From: an uncultured Candidatus Saccharibacteria bacterium
GTDB lineage: Bacteria; Patescibacteriota; Minisyncoccia; Phycocordibacterales; CSBR16-119
DNA length: 64,000 nucleotides
Assembly (NCBI GenBank): GCA_964426385.1
Contig: CAYRQF010000004.1
Span: 12,573 to 76,572 of the forward strand
Reading direction: 5' to 3'
In this document: positions 56,173-64,000 of the stretch, piece by piece
Layout of the letters: every line of letters begins with the position of its first letter
Position numbering within the stretch: the first letter of the stretch is position 1
The notes under the pieces: model-generated
Database searches by the model: none
The model's input: only the letters and a program-made list of their open reading frames with translations
What the model was told of the DNA's origin: nothing
Translations under genes and position numbers: made by a program

Positions 56173-56838
56173 ATGGAAGCAAAAATCTACAACAAAAGCG
56201 GAAAGGAAGCGGGAACGATAGAGATCCCGGCTGAAATATTTGGCCTTACATGGAACGCCGACTTGGTTCACCAGGTCTACACGTCACAGAACTCTAATGC
56301 TCGTGCTAACACTGCGAAGACCAAGGATCGTTCCGAAGTCTCTGGTACAGGCAAGAAGCCTTGGAAGCAGAAGGGAACAGGACGTGCCCGACACGGCTCG
56401 AAGCGTTCTCCGATCTGGGTCAAAGGAGGTATCACATTCGGTCCTTCTCCTGAACGAAACTACAAGAAGAAAATCAACAAGAAGATGAACGCCAAAGCTC
56501 TCTTTACTGTGCTCTCTGAGAAGCTCCGAAACGGACAGGTTCTGTTCGTCGACAGTATCGCGCCTGGAGCGATGAAGACAAAAGAGGCATCGAAAATCAT
56601 GCAGGCTCTCGGTGATGTTACAGGATTCGAGAGGCTCAAAGGCTCAAAGAAGGTCGTTGCCCATGTCGCCATGGACAAGACTGACGAAGTAGTCACAAAG
56701 AGCTTCAACAACATCCCTAACGTTGCGATTGAAGAGATCCGAAACCTTAGCGTTACCGACCTCTTGAACCACCGATACCTATTAATAGTCAACCCAAAGG
56801 CGTCAATCGAGATCCTCGGGGCTAAATTAGCGAAATAA
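56173..56838 (+). CDS. rplD: 50S ribosomal protein L4
   Basis: RSEVSGTGKKPWKQKGTGRARHGS. Confidence 0.98.
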   Translation: MEAKIYNKSGKEAGTIEIPAEIFGLTWNADLVHQVYTSQNSNARANTAKTKDRSEVSGTGKKPWKQKGTGRARHGSKRSPIWVKGGITFGPSPERNYKKKINKKMNAKALFTVLSEKLRNGQVLFVDSIAPGAMKTKEASKIMQALGDVTGFERLKGSKKVVAHVAMDKTDEVVTKSFNNIPNVAIEEIRNLSVTDLLNHRYLLIVNPKASIEILGAKLAK

Positions 56839-56839
56839 T

Positions 56840-57244
56840 ATGGGAATATTTTCTAAAAAAGAAGGCGATAAACCTGTAGTAAAGAAAGCTGTAACCAAGA
56901 AGCCTGCCGTAAAGGCTGAGCCGAAGGCTGTGGTCGCTAAGGCGCCGAAGGTGAGTGGCAAAGTCTCTGTCAATGCGGCGAAGATTCTAAAGAATCCTCG
57001 CATCACTGAGAAAGCTGCGCACATCTCTGATAACCGAGTGTACACATTCGACGTTTTTCCTGGAGCTTCAAAGATTGATATCGCTAAAGCCGTCGCATCC
57101 GTATATGGTGTCGTGCCAGTACGAGTGAACGTTTCAGCTATCGCCAAGAAGCAGGTCCTACGAAGAGGCAGACTAGGGGTAAAGGGCGGAGGAAGGAAGG
57201 CTTACGTATACCTCAAAAAAGGGGACAAGATAGAATTTATTTAA
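56840..57244 (+). CDS. rplW: 50S ribosomal protein L23 (Lys/Ala-rich N-terminal extension)
   Basis: PRITEKA...YTFDV...KAYVYL. Confidence 0.95.
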   Translation: MGIFSKKEGDKPVVKKAVTKKPAVKAEPKAVVAKAPKVSGKVSVNAAKILKNPRITEKAAHISDNRVYTFDVFPGASKIDIAKAVASVYGVVPVRVNVSAIAKKQVLRRGRLGVKGGGRKAYVYLKKGDKIEFI

Positions 57245-57299
57245 TTAATTTAAGCAGTCTGAGAACCACAACAGTTACTCATTATAGATTGCAGATACC

Positions 57300-58154
57300 A
57301 TGAAAAAGTATAAACCAACATCAGCAGGTAGACGAGGCATGACGGTAGTAACATACCGAGGCGTGCTTACGAAATCTGCTCGAAACAAGAAGTTGACGAC
57401 TGGAGGCAAGCGCCACGTCGGTCGCAACAATCAGGGTCGCATCACAACGCCTCACAAGGGTGGAGGACACAAGCGTGCGTATCGAGAAGTTGACTTCAAA
57501 TACAACAAGATCGATATCCCGGCTACATTTACGACTGTCGAATACGATCCGAACCGCAATGCGTTCATCTCACTCGCAGTCTACGCCGATGGTGAGAAGC
57601 GATATGTCATCTTCCCGAAGGGTGCCAAGGTTGGAGACAAGTTTGTCGTTAGTAAGTCTGCTGAGCCGAAAGTCGGCAACAGGCTTCCTCTCGTGAACAT
57701 CCCAGTCGGTACATTTATCTACAACGTTGAACTGAAAACTAACGGTGGAGCGAAACTTGGCCGAGGGGCTGGAGCATTCCTCCAGGTCGTCGCTCATGAT
57801 GAAGGCAAAACTTTCATCAAGATGCCATCGACCGAAGTCCGTAAGGTCCCATCGACATGCTGGGCATCAGTCGGTGAAGTTTCGAACTCCGAATGGAAAC
57901 TCACGAACTTCGGTAAAGCCGGACGTTCACGCTGGAAGGGAATTCGTCCGACAGTGCGTGGTTCTGCCATGAGTCCAGTGGATCACCCACACGGCGGAGG
58001 AGAGGGTCGTCAGGGAATCGGACTTCGCCGAGGACCAAAGACTCGTCACGGAAAACTCGCCTACGGTGTCAAAACACGAAAGTCCAAGAAATACTCAAAC
58101 AACTTCGTTGTTACTCGCCGAAAGACAAAGCGAAATCAACAGACAGTTATGTAA
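57300..58154 (+). CDS. rplB: 50S ribosomal protein L2
   Basis: GRNNQGRIT, EYDPNR, RPTVRGSAMSPVDHPHGGGEG. Confidence 0.98.
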   Translation: MKKYKPTSAGRRGMTVVTYRGVLTKSARNKKLTTGGKRHVGRNNQGRITTPHKGGGHKRAYREVDFKYNKIDIPATFTTVEYDPNRNAFISLAVYADGEKRYVIFPKGAKVGDKFVVSKSAEPKVGNRLPLVNIPVGTFIYNVELKTNGGAKLGRGAGAFLQVVAHDEGKTFIKMPSTEVRKVPSTCWASVGEVSNSEWKLTNFGKAGRSRWKGIRPTVRGSAMSPVDHPHGGGEGRQGIGLRRGPKTRHGKLAYGVKTRKSKKYSNNFVVTRRKTKRNQQTVM

Positions 58155-58155
58155 T

Positions 58156-58191
58156 AAAAGCAAAGCCCCGAGAAATCGGGGCTTTGCTTTT
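58156..58191 (+). terminator. intrinsic terminator after rplB
   Basis: aaaagcaaagccccga-gaaa-tcggggctttgctttt. Confidence 0.8.
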
Positions 58192-58194
58192 GTG

Positions 58195-58223
58195 TTGACA
58201 AATAAGGGTTTTTGATGTAATAT
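58195..58223 (+). promoter_or_regulatory. sigma70 promoter of the inserted genes
   Basis: TTGACA-17 nt-TAATAT. Confidence 0.7.
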
Positions 58224-58249
58224 CCCGCCGAACCAACATAGATAGAACC

Positions 58250-59326
58250 ATGACAAACAGCAAATGGGCCTTACGGCTTGGGAAGCTGGTCGTCATGATC
58301 ATGCTTCTCTCTAATGTCGGATTTTTCAGAGGGGTTGTGGGTTGGGTAAACAGCGACAACAATAGCCCAGCCATTGTTGCCTATGATGAGCTCCGTAAAA
58401 AGGGCGGCGTCAGGGCGACAATCGCAGCTGAGCATCTGACCAACGAATATCTGCGTAACAAGCTCGACTCGGTTGTGAGTCTGGTCCGGAATGGGCATGT
58501 CTATACCATCCGCGATTACTTCATCGACTATCGAGATGTGCAGGACTACGCCGCCCTTAATTCCCCTTGGAACAACTGCCCGCTCGGCCTCTGTGAGATA
58601 CAGAATCAGGTGAGGGTAAGTGGTAGCGAGCCAAACAGGGAGGAAGTGGATCGGGCGCGTGAGGAGATCCTCGGAATGAAGGAGCCAAAATCCACCCCGA
58701 TCAACTGGTCGCGGGTCACAGACTGGCTGCTTCGGCAGTACCTTATGGGACTTTTGCCGGCACTGCTTATGTGCCTCATTCTTGCCCGTCAGGGACGGAT
58801 CAGCTTCAGCTTCCGAAAGTCTCCGGTATCAGCGCTCGCTTATCTGGCCTTGTGGCCGATCAATCTCGGTGCGTGCATCATCGCTGCGTTCCAAGACATC
58901 GACCGTGAGGCGCGGTTGCGCACCGAGAAGGATTCGCTTTTCTCCAAGCTATCAGGTCTGGAGGAAGAATTCCTGAACGGACTGCGGGACCGCTCTGGTC
59001 GCGAAGAGTTGCTGAGCGCACGCCGTGCACATCACAGCTATATCTTCGCAATCATCGCGGTACTCGTCATGAGAGTCGTTCCAGTTGTAGCCCAGAATGT
59101 TTCGGAAACGGAACACAAGACTACGATTGAGATGGCGTATCATGACCCTCCAGATAGTTGGAGTAGCGAGGTGGGGGATTCTGAAGACCCGATGTGTATC
59201 TTTGCGTTCGAGCGTTTCATTGCTGAAGCCAAAAGGCGTTTTGTCTGGTGGCCGAGTAGTGCGTTCGATATATTGGTTGGTTTCAACAGGGACGTTCATC
59301 ACGTTCCGTTGAGTGACACAGTCTGA
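58250..59326 (+). CDS. hypothetical multi-pass membrane protein
   Basis: 358-aa ORF with about four hydrophobic segments. Confidence 0.7.
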   Translation: MTNSKWALRLGKLVVMIMLLSNVGFFRGVVGWVNSDNNSPAIVAYDELRKKGGVRATIAAEHLTNEYLRNKLDSVVSLVRNGHVYTIRDYFIDYRDVQDYAALNSPWNNCPLGLCEIQNQVRVSGSEPNREEVDRAREEILGMKEPKSTPINWSRVTDWLLRQYLMGLLPALLMCLILARQGRISFSFRKSPVSALAYLALWPINLGACIIAAFQDIDREARLRTEKDSLFSKLSGLEEEFLNGLRDRSGREELLSARRAHHSYIFAIIAVLVMRVVPVVAQNVSETEHKTTIEMAYHDPPDSWSSEVGDSEDPMCIFAFERFIAEAKRRFVWWPSSAFDILVGFNRDVHHVPLSDTV

Positions 59327-59358
59327 TAAAGCTGTGTTCAACTCAACCAACCAAAAAC

Positions 59359-60213
59359 GTGAAGAAAAACAAAAGGAATTTCTTGGCACTCTCCGCACTT
59401 CTCGTGCTGTCAGTAGCCAAGGCCCAGATAGAGAACGTGAATCTCGGTAACGATTCGAGCTTTGTGCTCGATCGAGTGTATGCCGGAATGCTCGGAGCCA
59501 ACAACTTCTCGATCGATAGCGTTTATCGAACGGGTTTCGTCGGCTTTCGAGTTGGCGCATCTGCGAGGCTTCGTGTGTCCAAAGCAGTGTCAGTCATATC
59601 CTTCATCACCGAAGACATGACCAACGTCGGCAATAGTATCGGAGGCTCCGGCTTCCTGGTGCGAGTGCAGATGGACACGAGCTTATACATGGCCATCGGT
59701 TTCGGTCCGCAGGTAAGTACGTTCCTACAACGCCCTCATCCTGCGACTGCTGGCGGTCAGTTCGAGACGTTTACCCATCGGGCGATACCGGGACCTGGTC
59801 CTGGGATTCGCTTGGTCAAGACGATCGGCAAGACCAGTCTGCTCGGAAGCGTCGCCATGATCGACGACGATCCGGAATACCAAGTGGGTGTTCTATTCGC
59901 TGGACTGCGAGCGTCTGTTTGGCACCGAGCTGACAGTCTGTGGGGAACTGCAGTTACATACGAGCATGATCGCTTCAAGACAATCCTCGTCGTACGCGAT
60001 GATCTGCTGGCGTGCGTGACCACGGTCAATCTGCCGAACAAGTACATTGTCTACGCTGACGCCGGTATGACAACAGACCACTACACTGTTGTTCGTGCAG
60101 AGGCAGGCATACTACGAACTTTCGAAGCAAAAGCGTATATCAAGGGTCTATTCGGCCTCGGGTATGCGCATGAGCTTCGAAGCGCGCGAGGTTACATCTT
60201 CGTTACGCTATGA
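59359..60213 (+). CDS. exported beta-strand-rich hypothetical protein
   Basis: Signal peptide ending AKA-Q; alternating hydrophobic strands. Confidence 0.75.
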   Translation: MKKNKRNFLALSALLVLSVAKAQIENVNLGNDSSFVLDRVYAGMLGANNFSIDSVYRTGFVGFRVGASARLRVSKAVSVISFITEDMTNVGNSIGGSGFLVRVQMDTSLYMAIGFGPQVSTFLQRPHPATAGGQFETFTHRAIPGPGPGIRLVKTIGKTSLLGSVAMIDDDPEYQVGVLFAGLRASVWHRADSLWGTAVTYEHDRFKTILVVRDDLLACVTTVNLPNKYIVYADAGMTTDHYTVVRAEAGILRTFEAKAYIKGLFGLGYAHELRSARGYIFVTL

Positions 60214-60224
60214 ACATTCGACGC

Positions 60225-60261
60225 AAGCTGCCGCCGTCCCTTTGGGATTGCGGCAGCTTTT
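60225..60261 (+). terminator. intrinsic terminator
   Basis: aagctgccgc ... gcggcagctttt. Confidence 0.7.
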
Positions 60262-60305
60262 GCATTCAGGTGGTATAATTTAGGTATTAGAAATATCATA
60301 TTTAT

Positions 60306-60809
60306 ATGAAGAATAATAATGTCGTCATAGGGCTTCTGGTTGTTGTTATTGTGATTTTGGCGCTTATCGCTTTCAAGAAACCAGCGAATGCTCCGGTTGA
60401 TACTCCGGACGAAAATACCGGTGAGACAGAACTCGATGGAACAAAGCTTTATCGAGGTGAAGGATTTTCATTCCGACATGATAAGCTCGCAAGTGTTCGA
60501 GTCGAAGGTGCAGGAACTTATGCGCCTCTATATACAATCTCTAGATCTGATGATGGAGGAGCGGCAGACCATCTCAGCTTCTTTCCAGCAGGAATGCCGA
60601 GTTTGAGTGAGTACAATCCATGCGGGGAGATGGAGGTTAAGAGTATGACTATCGGAGATAAACTATTTTCTTATTGTGACAGCAAAGCTGAACCAATGCG
60701 TACTTATATTTACAAAGATGGAGAGAAGGCCTTGATGATTAATGTAAACATGACAGGGGATAAGCCAGCTACTGGCTACATTGATCTCGCTTCGATTGAT
60801 CTGAAATAA
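60306..60809 (+). CDS. membrane-anchored hypothetical protein
   Basis: N-terminal TM helix, GFSFRH motif, Cys pair. Confidence 0.8.
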   Translation: MKNNNVVIGLLVVVIVILALIAFKKPANAPVDTPDENTGETELDGTKLYRGEGFSFRHDKLASVRVEGAGTYAPLYTISRSDDGGAADHLSFFPAGMPSLSEYNPCGEMEVKSMTIGDKLFSYCDSKAEPMRTYIYKDGEKALMINVNMTGDKPATGYIDLASIDLK

Positions 60810-60816
60810 TAACTCT

Positions 60817-60850
60817 AGCAAAACCCCTCAAACGAGGGGTTTTGCTTTTT
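60817..60850 (+). terminator. intrinsic terminator
   Basis: agcaaaacccctc-aaac-gaggggttttgcttttt. Confidence 0.75.
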
Positions 60851-60891
60851 CAGGCGGGGAAGTATAGACTCGTGACAAACACGAACAACAC

Positions 60892-61863
60892 ATGAGCACC
60901 ATCACTCTTCCAAACACACTGCTGCGTTCAGAGCTGAAACTACCGGGCGTCATAGACGTCTATCGTGGCAAAGTCCGAGACGTTTACCACCTAAAAGGCG
61001 ATATGATCGTCATGGTGGCGAGCGATCGACTGAGCGCCTTTGATGTTGTGATGCCGCGAGGTATTCCGCACAAAGGCCAGACATTGACCGAGATCAGCTG
61101 GGAAATGCTGCGGACAAGCTCGGTTCCTCAATGGGCGATGCATTCGCCTGACCCCTGTGTGATCGTTGGCGTTCGCACTACGCCGATCAAGGTTGAGATG
61201 GTCGTTCGCGACCGACTCACGGGGAGTTGGTGGCGGAAATACCAACAGGGTATACGTGAGATCGGTGGCTACAAGCTTCGAGACGGGATGAAGGAATTCG
61301 ATCGTTTCGAGGATGATGGCCCCATCATCACACCGAGCACAAAGGCCGATGAAGGGCATGATGAGGATATCAGCCCTGATGAGATCATTGCTCAAGGTTT
61401 GTGCACTGGGGATCAGTGGGACAAGATGTGTCTCTACTCCCTTGAGCTCTTCCGTGAAGGCACGCGCATTGCGCTCCAGCGCAAACTTGTCTTGGTGGAT
61501 ACCAAGTACGAGTTCGGCTTGGATCCGACTGGCAACGTGATCTTGATCGATGAGATCAATACCCCTGACAGCTCGCGATACTTCCATCACGAAGGTTTCG
61601 ACGTGGCGATCGCTGATGGCAAAACTCCCAAGCATCTTTCCAAGGAGTTCGTACGTCAGTGGCTTATCAGCCAGGGCTTCCAGGGCAAGGAGGGGCAGAA
61701 AATGCCCGAACTCACCGATGGATGGGTTATGCTTGTGAGCGAGCGATACGCCGAGCTCTTCGGCTGCATCATGGGCAAACCCTTTGAGCCTGCATCAACT
61801 GAGGATATCAATGCTCGCATCCAGAGCAACCTCAACCGGTACTTCAATTCCATGCGGGGCTAG
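60892..61863 (+). CDS. purC: phosphoribosylaminoimidazolesuccinocarboxamide (SAICAR) synthase
   Basis: YRGKVRDVY, SDRLSAFDV, VDTKYEFG, IDEINTPDSSRY, LSKEFVRQWL. Confidence 0.95.
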   Translation: MSTITLPNTLLRSELKLPGVIDVYRGKVRDVYHLKGDMIVMVASDRLSAFDVVMPRGIPHKGQTLTEISWEMLRTSSVPQWAMHSPDPCVIVGVRTTPIKVEMVVRDRLTGSWWRKYQQGIREIGGYKLRDGMKEFDRFEDDGPIITPSTKADEGHDEDISPDEIIAQGLCTGDQWDKMCLYSLELFREGTRIALQRKLVLVDTKYEFGLDPTGNVILIDEINTPDSSRYFHHEGFDVAIADGKTPKHLSKEFVRQWLISQGFQGKEGQKMPELTDGWVMLVSERYAELFGCIMGKPFEPASTEDINARIQSNLNRYFNSMRG

Positions 61864-61934
61864 CCAAGCTCAAACAGAACATTCGTTAGTCGCCCCTGGC
61901 CATCCGGCCGGGGGCGCTTTCGTTTAAGTCCCGT

Positions 61935-61963
61935 TTGACAGGGGAAACCCCATCTGCTAGTAT
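61935..61963 (+). promoter_or_regulatory. sigma70 promoter restarting the S10 operon at rpsS
   Basis: TTGACA-17 nt-(TGC)TAGTAT. Confidence 0.7.
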
Positions 61964-62082
61964 GAACGACATTCGCGCCTAAGGCCCGAATTTTTTGAAA
62001 ATGAAATAGCAGATGGCAGTGAAGCTCTGGACTGTTCCAGAGACGAACGACCTAGCCATGCACTAATGATTTTCGTATACAC

Positions 62083-62445
62083 ATGACAAGATCACTTAAA
62101 AAAGGTCCATATATAGACGCAAAGCTTCTCAAGAAGATTGCGGACAAAAAACCCCAAGAAACAGGGGTTATTAATACTTGGGCTAGAAGCTCTCAGATAG
62201 CACCAGAAATGATCGGCTTTTCTTTTGGCGTTCATAACGGCAAGGACCACATCAAGGTATTCGTAACAGAAGACATGGTAGGGCACCGATTGGGCGAATT
62301 CTCTCCGACCCGCAAGTTCCACCGCCACGGAGGTAAGCTCATGAAAGAGCTGGAACAGAAGAAGAAAGAGGGCGAGGTCGCTGCAGCCCAGGCTGCCAAG
62401 TCAGCAGCTGATGCCGGAGCCGCTAAAGCACCTGCTAAGAAATAA
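62083..62445 (+). CDS. rpsS: 30S ribosomal protein S19 (C-terminal extension)
   Basis: [10 protein letters not shown]...VHNGK...[13 protein letters not shown]. Confidence 0.98.
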   Translation: MTRSLKKGPYIDAKLLKKIADKKPQETGVINTWARSSQIAPEMIGFSFGVHNGKDHIKVFVTEDMVGHRLGEFSPTRKFHRHGGKLMKELEQKKKEGEVAAAQAAKSAADAGAAKAPAKK

Positions 62446-62453
62446 AAACTGAT

Positions 62454-62918
62454 ATGAAAGCTATTCTTAAAAACTACCGCCAGTCACCACGAAAAGTTCG
62501 CCTCGTTGCGAAGGCTGTTCGTGGCAAGTCTGCGTCACAGGCTGCTATGATTCTCGACTTCATGCCGAAGCGCGCAGCTGACCCTATCAAGAAACTCATC
62601 GACTCTGCTGTCGCTAACGCTCGCGTCAATAATGGTATTGATATAGCTGACCTTGTGGTTAAAAACATCGAGATCAATCAGGGTGTCACACTCAAGCGTT
62701 ACCGCCCACGAGCTCGTGGTTCAGCGTACCGCATCAACAAGCGAACAAGCCATATCGTGGTAACCTTGGAATCAAAGGCAGGTTCAGCGGCAGGAGAGGC
62801 TGCGGCTACACCTGTAGCGAAGACTTCTACTGCGAAACCTGCCAAGGCCGTAGCGAAGAAGGCTGCAGCAAAGAAAGCCCCAGCAAAGAAGGCTGTGGTT
62901 AAGAAATCAACGAAATAA
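62454..62918 (+). CDS. rplV: 50S ribosomal protein L22 (Lys/Ala-rich tail)
   Basis: SPRKVRLV...SAVANA...PRARG...KRTSHI. Confidence 0.98.
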   Translation: MKAILKNYRQSPRKVRLVAKAVRGKSASQAAMILDFMPKRAADPIKKLIDSAVANARVNNGIDIADLVVKNIEINQGVTLKRYRPRARGSAYRINKRTSHIVVTLESKAGSAAGEAAATPVAKTSTAKPAKAVAKKAAAKKAPAKKAVVKKSTK

Positions 62919-62919
62919 T

Positions 62920-63612
62920 ATGTCAAAGAAAGTTAACCCATATTCACATAGACTAGTAGTTCTCCGAGATTGGAAATCTCGCTGGTTTTCAACTGGCAAG
63001 AAATTCGCCGAGACTCTAAAGTCTGACATCCTCATCCGAGAATTCTTGACCAAGAAACTCCGAGCTGCATACCTATCTTGCGTCGAGATCGAACGATCTC
63101 GCAAAGCGACTCGCATCATCATCAAAACTGCTCGCCCAGGTCTCATCATCGGACGTTCCGGAGAGGGTGCCAAGAAAATCCGCGAGGATCTCGTTGCTAT
63201 GCTCAAGAAGAAGAACATCATCGTTCCTGAGGACATGAAGATAGACATCCAAGAAGTTACGAGTCCTGATGCTGATGCGCAGATCGTTGCTTACACTATT
63301 GTCGAAGGACTCGAGAAGCGTCTTCCTTTCCGTCGTGTCATCAAACAGACTCTCGAGAAAGTCATGGCCTCTAGGGAGGTCAAAGGTGCCCGTATCGTCG
63401 TCTCAGGACGACTCAACGGTGCTGACATGGCTCGCCGAGAAGAGGTCAAGCAGGGATCTATCCCACTACAGACTATCCGTGCCGATGTCGACTTTGCTCG
63501 TGAGCGCGCAGTTCTCTCATACGGAACTCTCGGTATCCGCGTTTGGATATACCGTGGCGAAGTGTTTGAGAAGGATCGATTGGCTGCTATGAATGCGAAT
63601 AATAGGAATTAA
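62920..63612 (+). CDS. rpsC: 30S ribosomal protein S3
   Basis: KVNP...W.SRWF, ARPGLIIGRSG, SGRLNGA, PLQTIRADVD. Confidence 0.98.
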   Translation: MSKKVNPYSHRLVVLRDWKSRWFSTGKKFAETLKSDILIREFLTKKLRAAYLSCVEIERSRKATRIIIKTARPGLIIGRSGEGAKKIREDLVAMLKKKNIIVPEDMKIDIQEVTSPDADAQIVAYTIVEGLEKRLPFRRVIKQTLEKVMASREVKGARIVVSGRLNGADMARREEVKQGSIPLQTIRADVDFARERAVLSYGTLGIRVWIYRGEVFEKDRLAAMNANNRN

Positions 63613-63622
63613 TTAGATCTAT

Positions 63623-64000
63623 ATGTTATTCCCAAAGAAAGTAAAATATAGAAAGTGGCAGACAGCCAGGAAGAACCCGATCAAGCGGGAGCGTCCTGAT
63701 ACTCGTGGAACAGAGATTAACTTCGGTTCTTATGGTCTCAAGGCCGAGAGTATGGCTCGTGTTACTTCAGCTCAGATCGAGTCAGCTCGAAAGGCTATGG
63801 TTAGACACCTGACCAAGGAAGGCAAGTCTTGGATTCGTATTTTCCCTGATCGACCAGTTACAGCTAAAGCTGCCGAAGTGGGTATGGGTAAAGGAAAAGG
63901 AGACCTTAAAGGTTACTGTTTCGAAGTTCACCCAGGACGCGTCATTTTCGAGGTGGACGGTGCGACGGTCGCTATCTGCAAGGAGGCTCTACGAAAGGCT
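63623..64000 (+). CDS. rplP: 50S ribosomal protein L16 (partial, runs off the window)
   Basis: MLFPKKVKYRKWQ...QIESAR...WIRIFPDRPVT...MGKGKG; not in the ORF track because it lacks a stop. Confidence 0.95.
   Translation, partial: MLFPKKVKYRKWQTARKNPIKRERPDTRGTEINFGSYGLKAESMARVTSAQIESARKAMVRHLTKEGKSWIRIFPDRPVTAKAAEVGMGKGKGDLKGYCFEVHPGRVIFEVDGATVAICKEALRKA

Noticed and set aside
62320-62918. Lys/Ala-rich extensions on S19 and L22 (also L23)
   Set aside because: Common low-complexity tails on ribosomal proteins; nothing specific to suggest a new function

Overview
Chromosomal window of a reduced-genome bacterium, most likely Patescibacteria/CPR (Parcubacteria-like). This is inferred from the FKBP-less trigger factor, a PrgI/VirB4/VirB6 cluster with no relaxase in the window, GWAWS-repeat and Gly-rich surface proteins, and the lack of Shine-Dalgarno motifs. 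Housekeeping content: two normal tRNAs, rluA, rplS, a XerC/D-like recombinase, rpsO-NYN-pnp, comM, a LysM/M23 peptidase, uvrD/pcrA, rsmA, clpP-tig-ppa-nusA, tpiA-pgk, recJ, infC-rpmI-rplT, and tuf plus the S10 operon. The S10 operon is split between rplB and rpsS by a ~3.9 kb insert that includes a Bacteroidota-like purC. Accessory content: a T4SS-like/pilin locus (~21.9-36.6 kb) and several very large surface proteins. The most unusual signals are non-coding: (1) a tRNA-like gene (anticodon GCC) with a ~79 nt structured insertion in its D-loop, its own promoter and terminator; (2) a ~480 nt highly structured orphan RNA divergent from the recombinase; (3) a four-helix-bundle gene bracketed by inverted 7-nt repeat arrays, with gene-less copies of the cassette and related 7-nt arrays at many gene boundaries and inside rsmA; (4) a family of long, covarying palindromic repeats; (5) widespread apparent leaderless promoters. 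All calls were made by eye, with no database searches.
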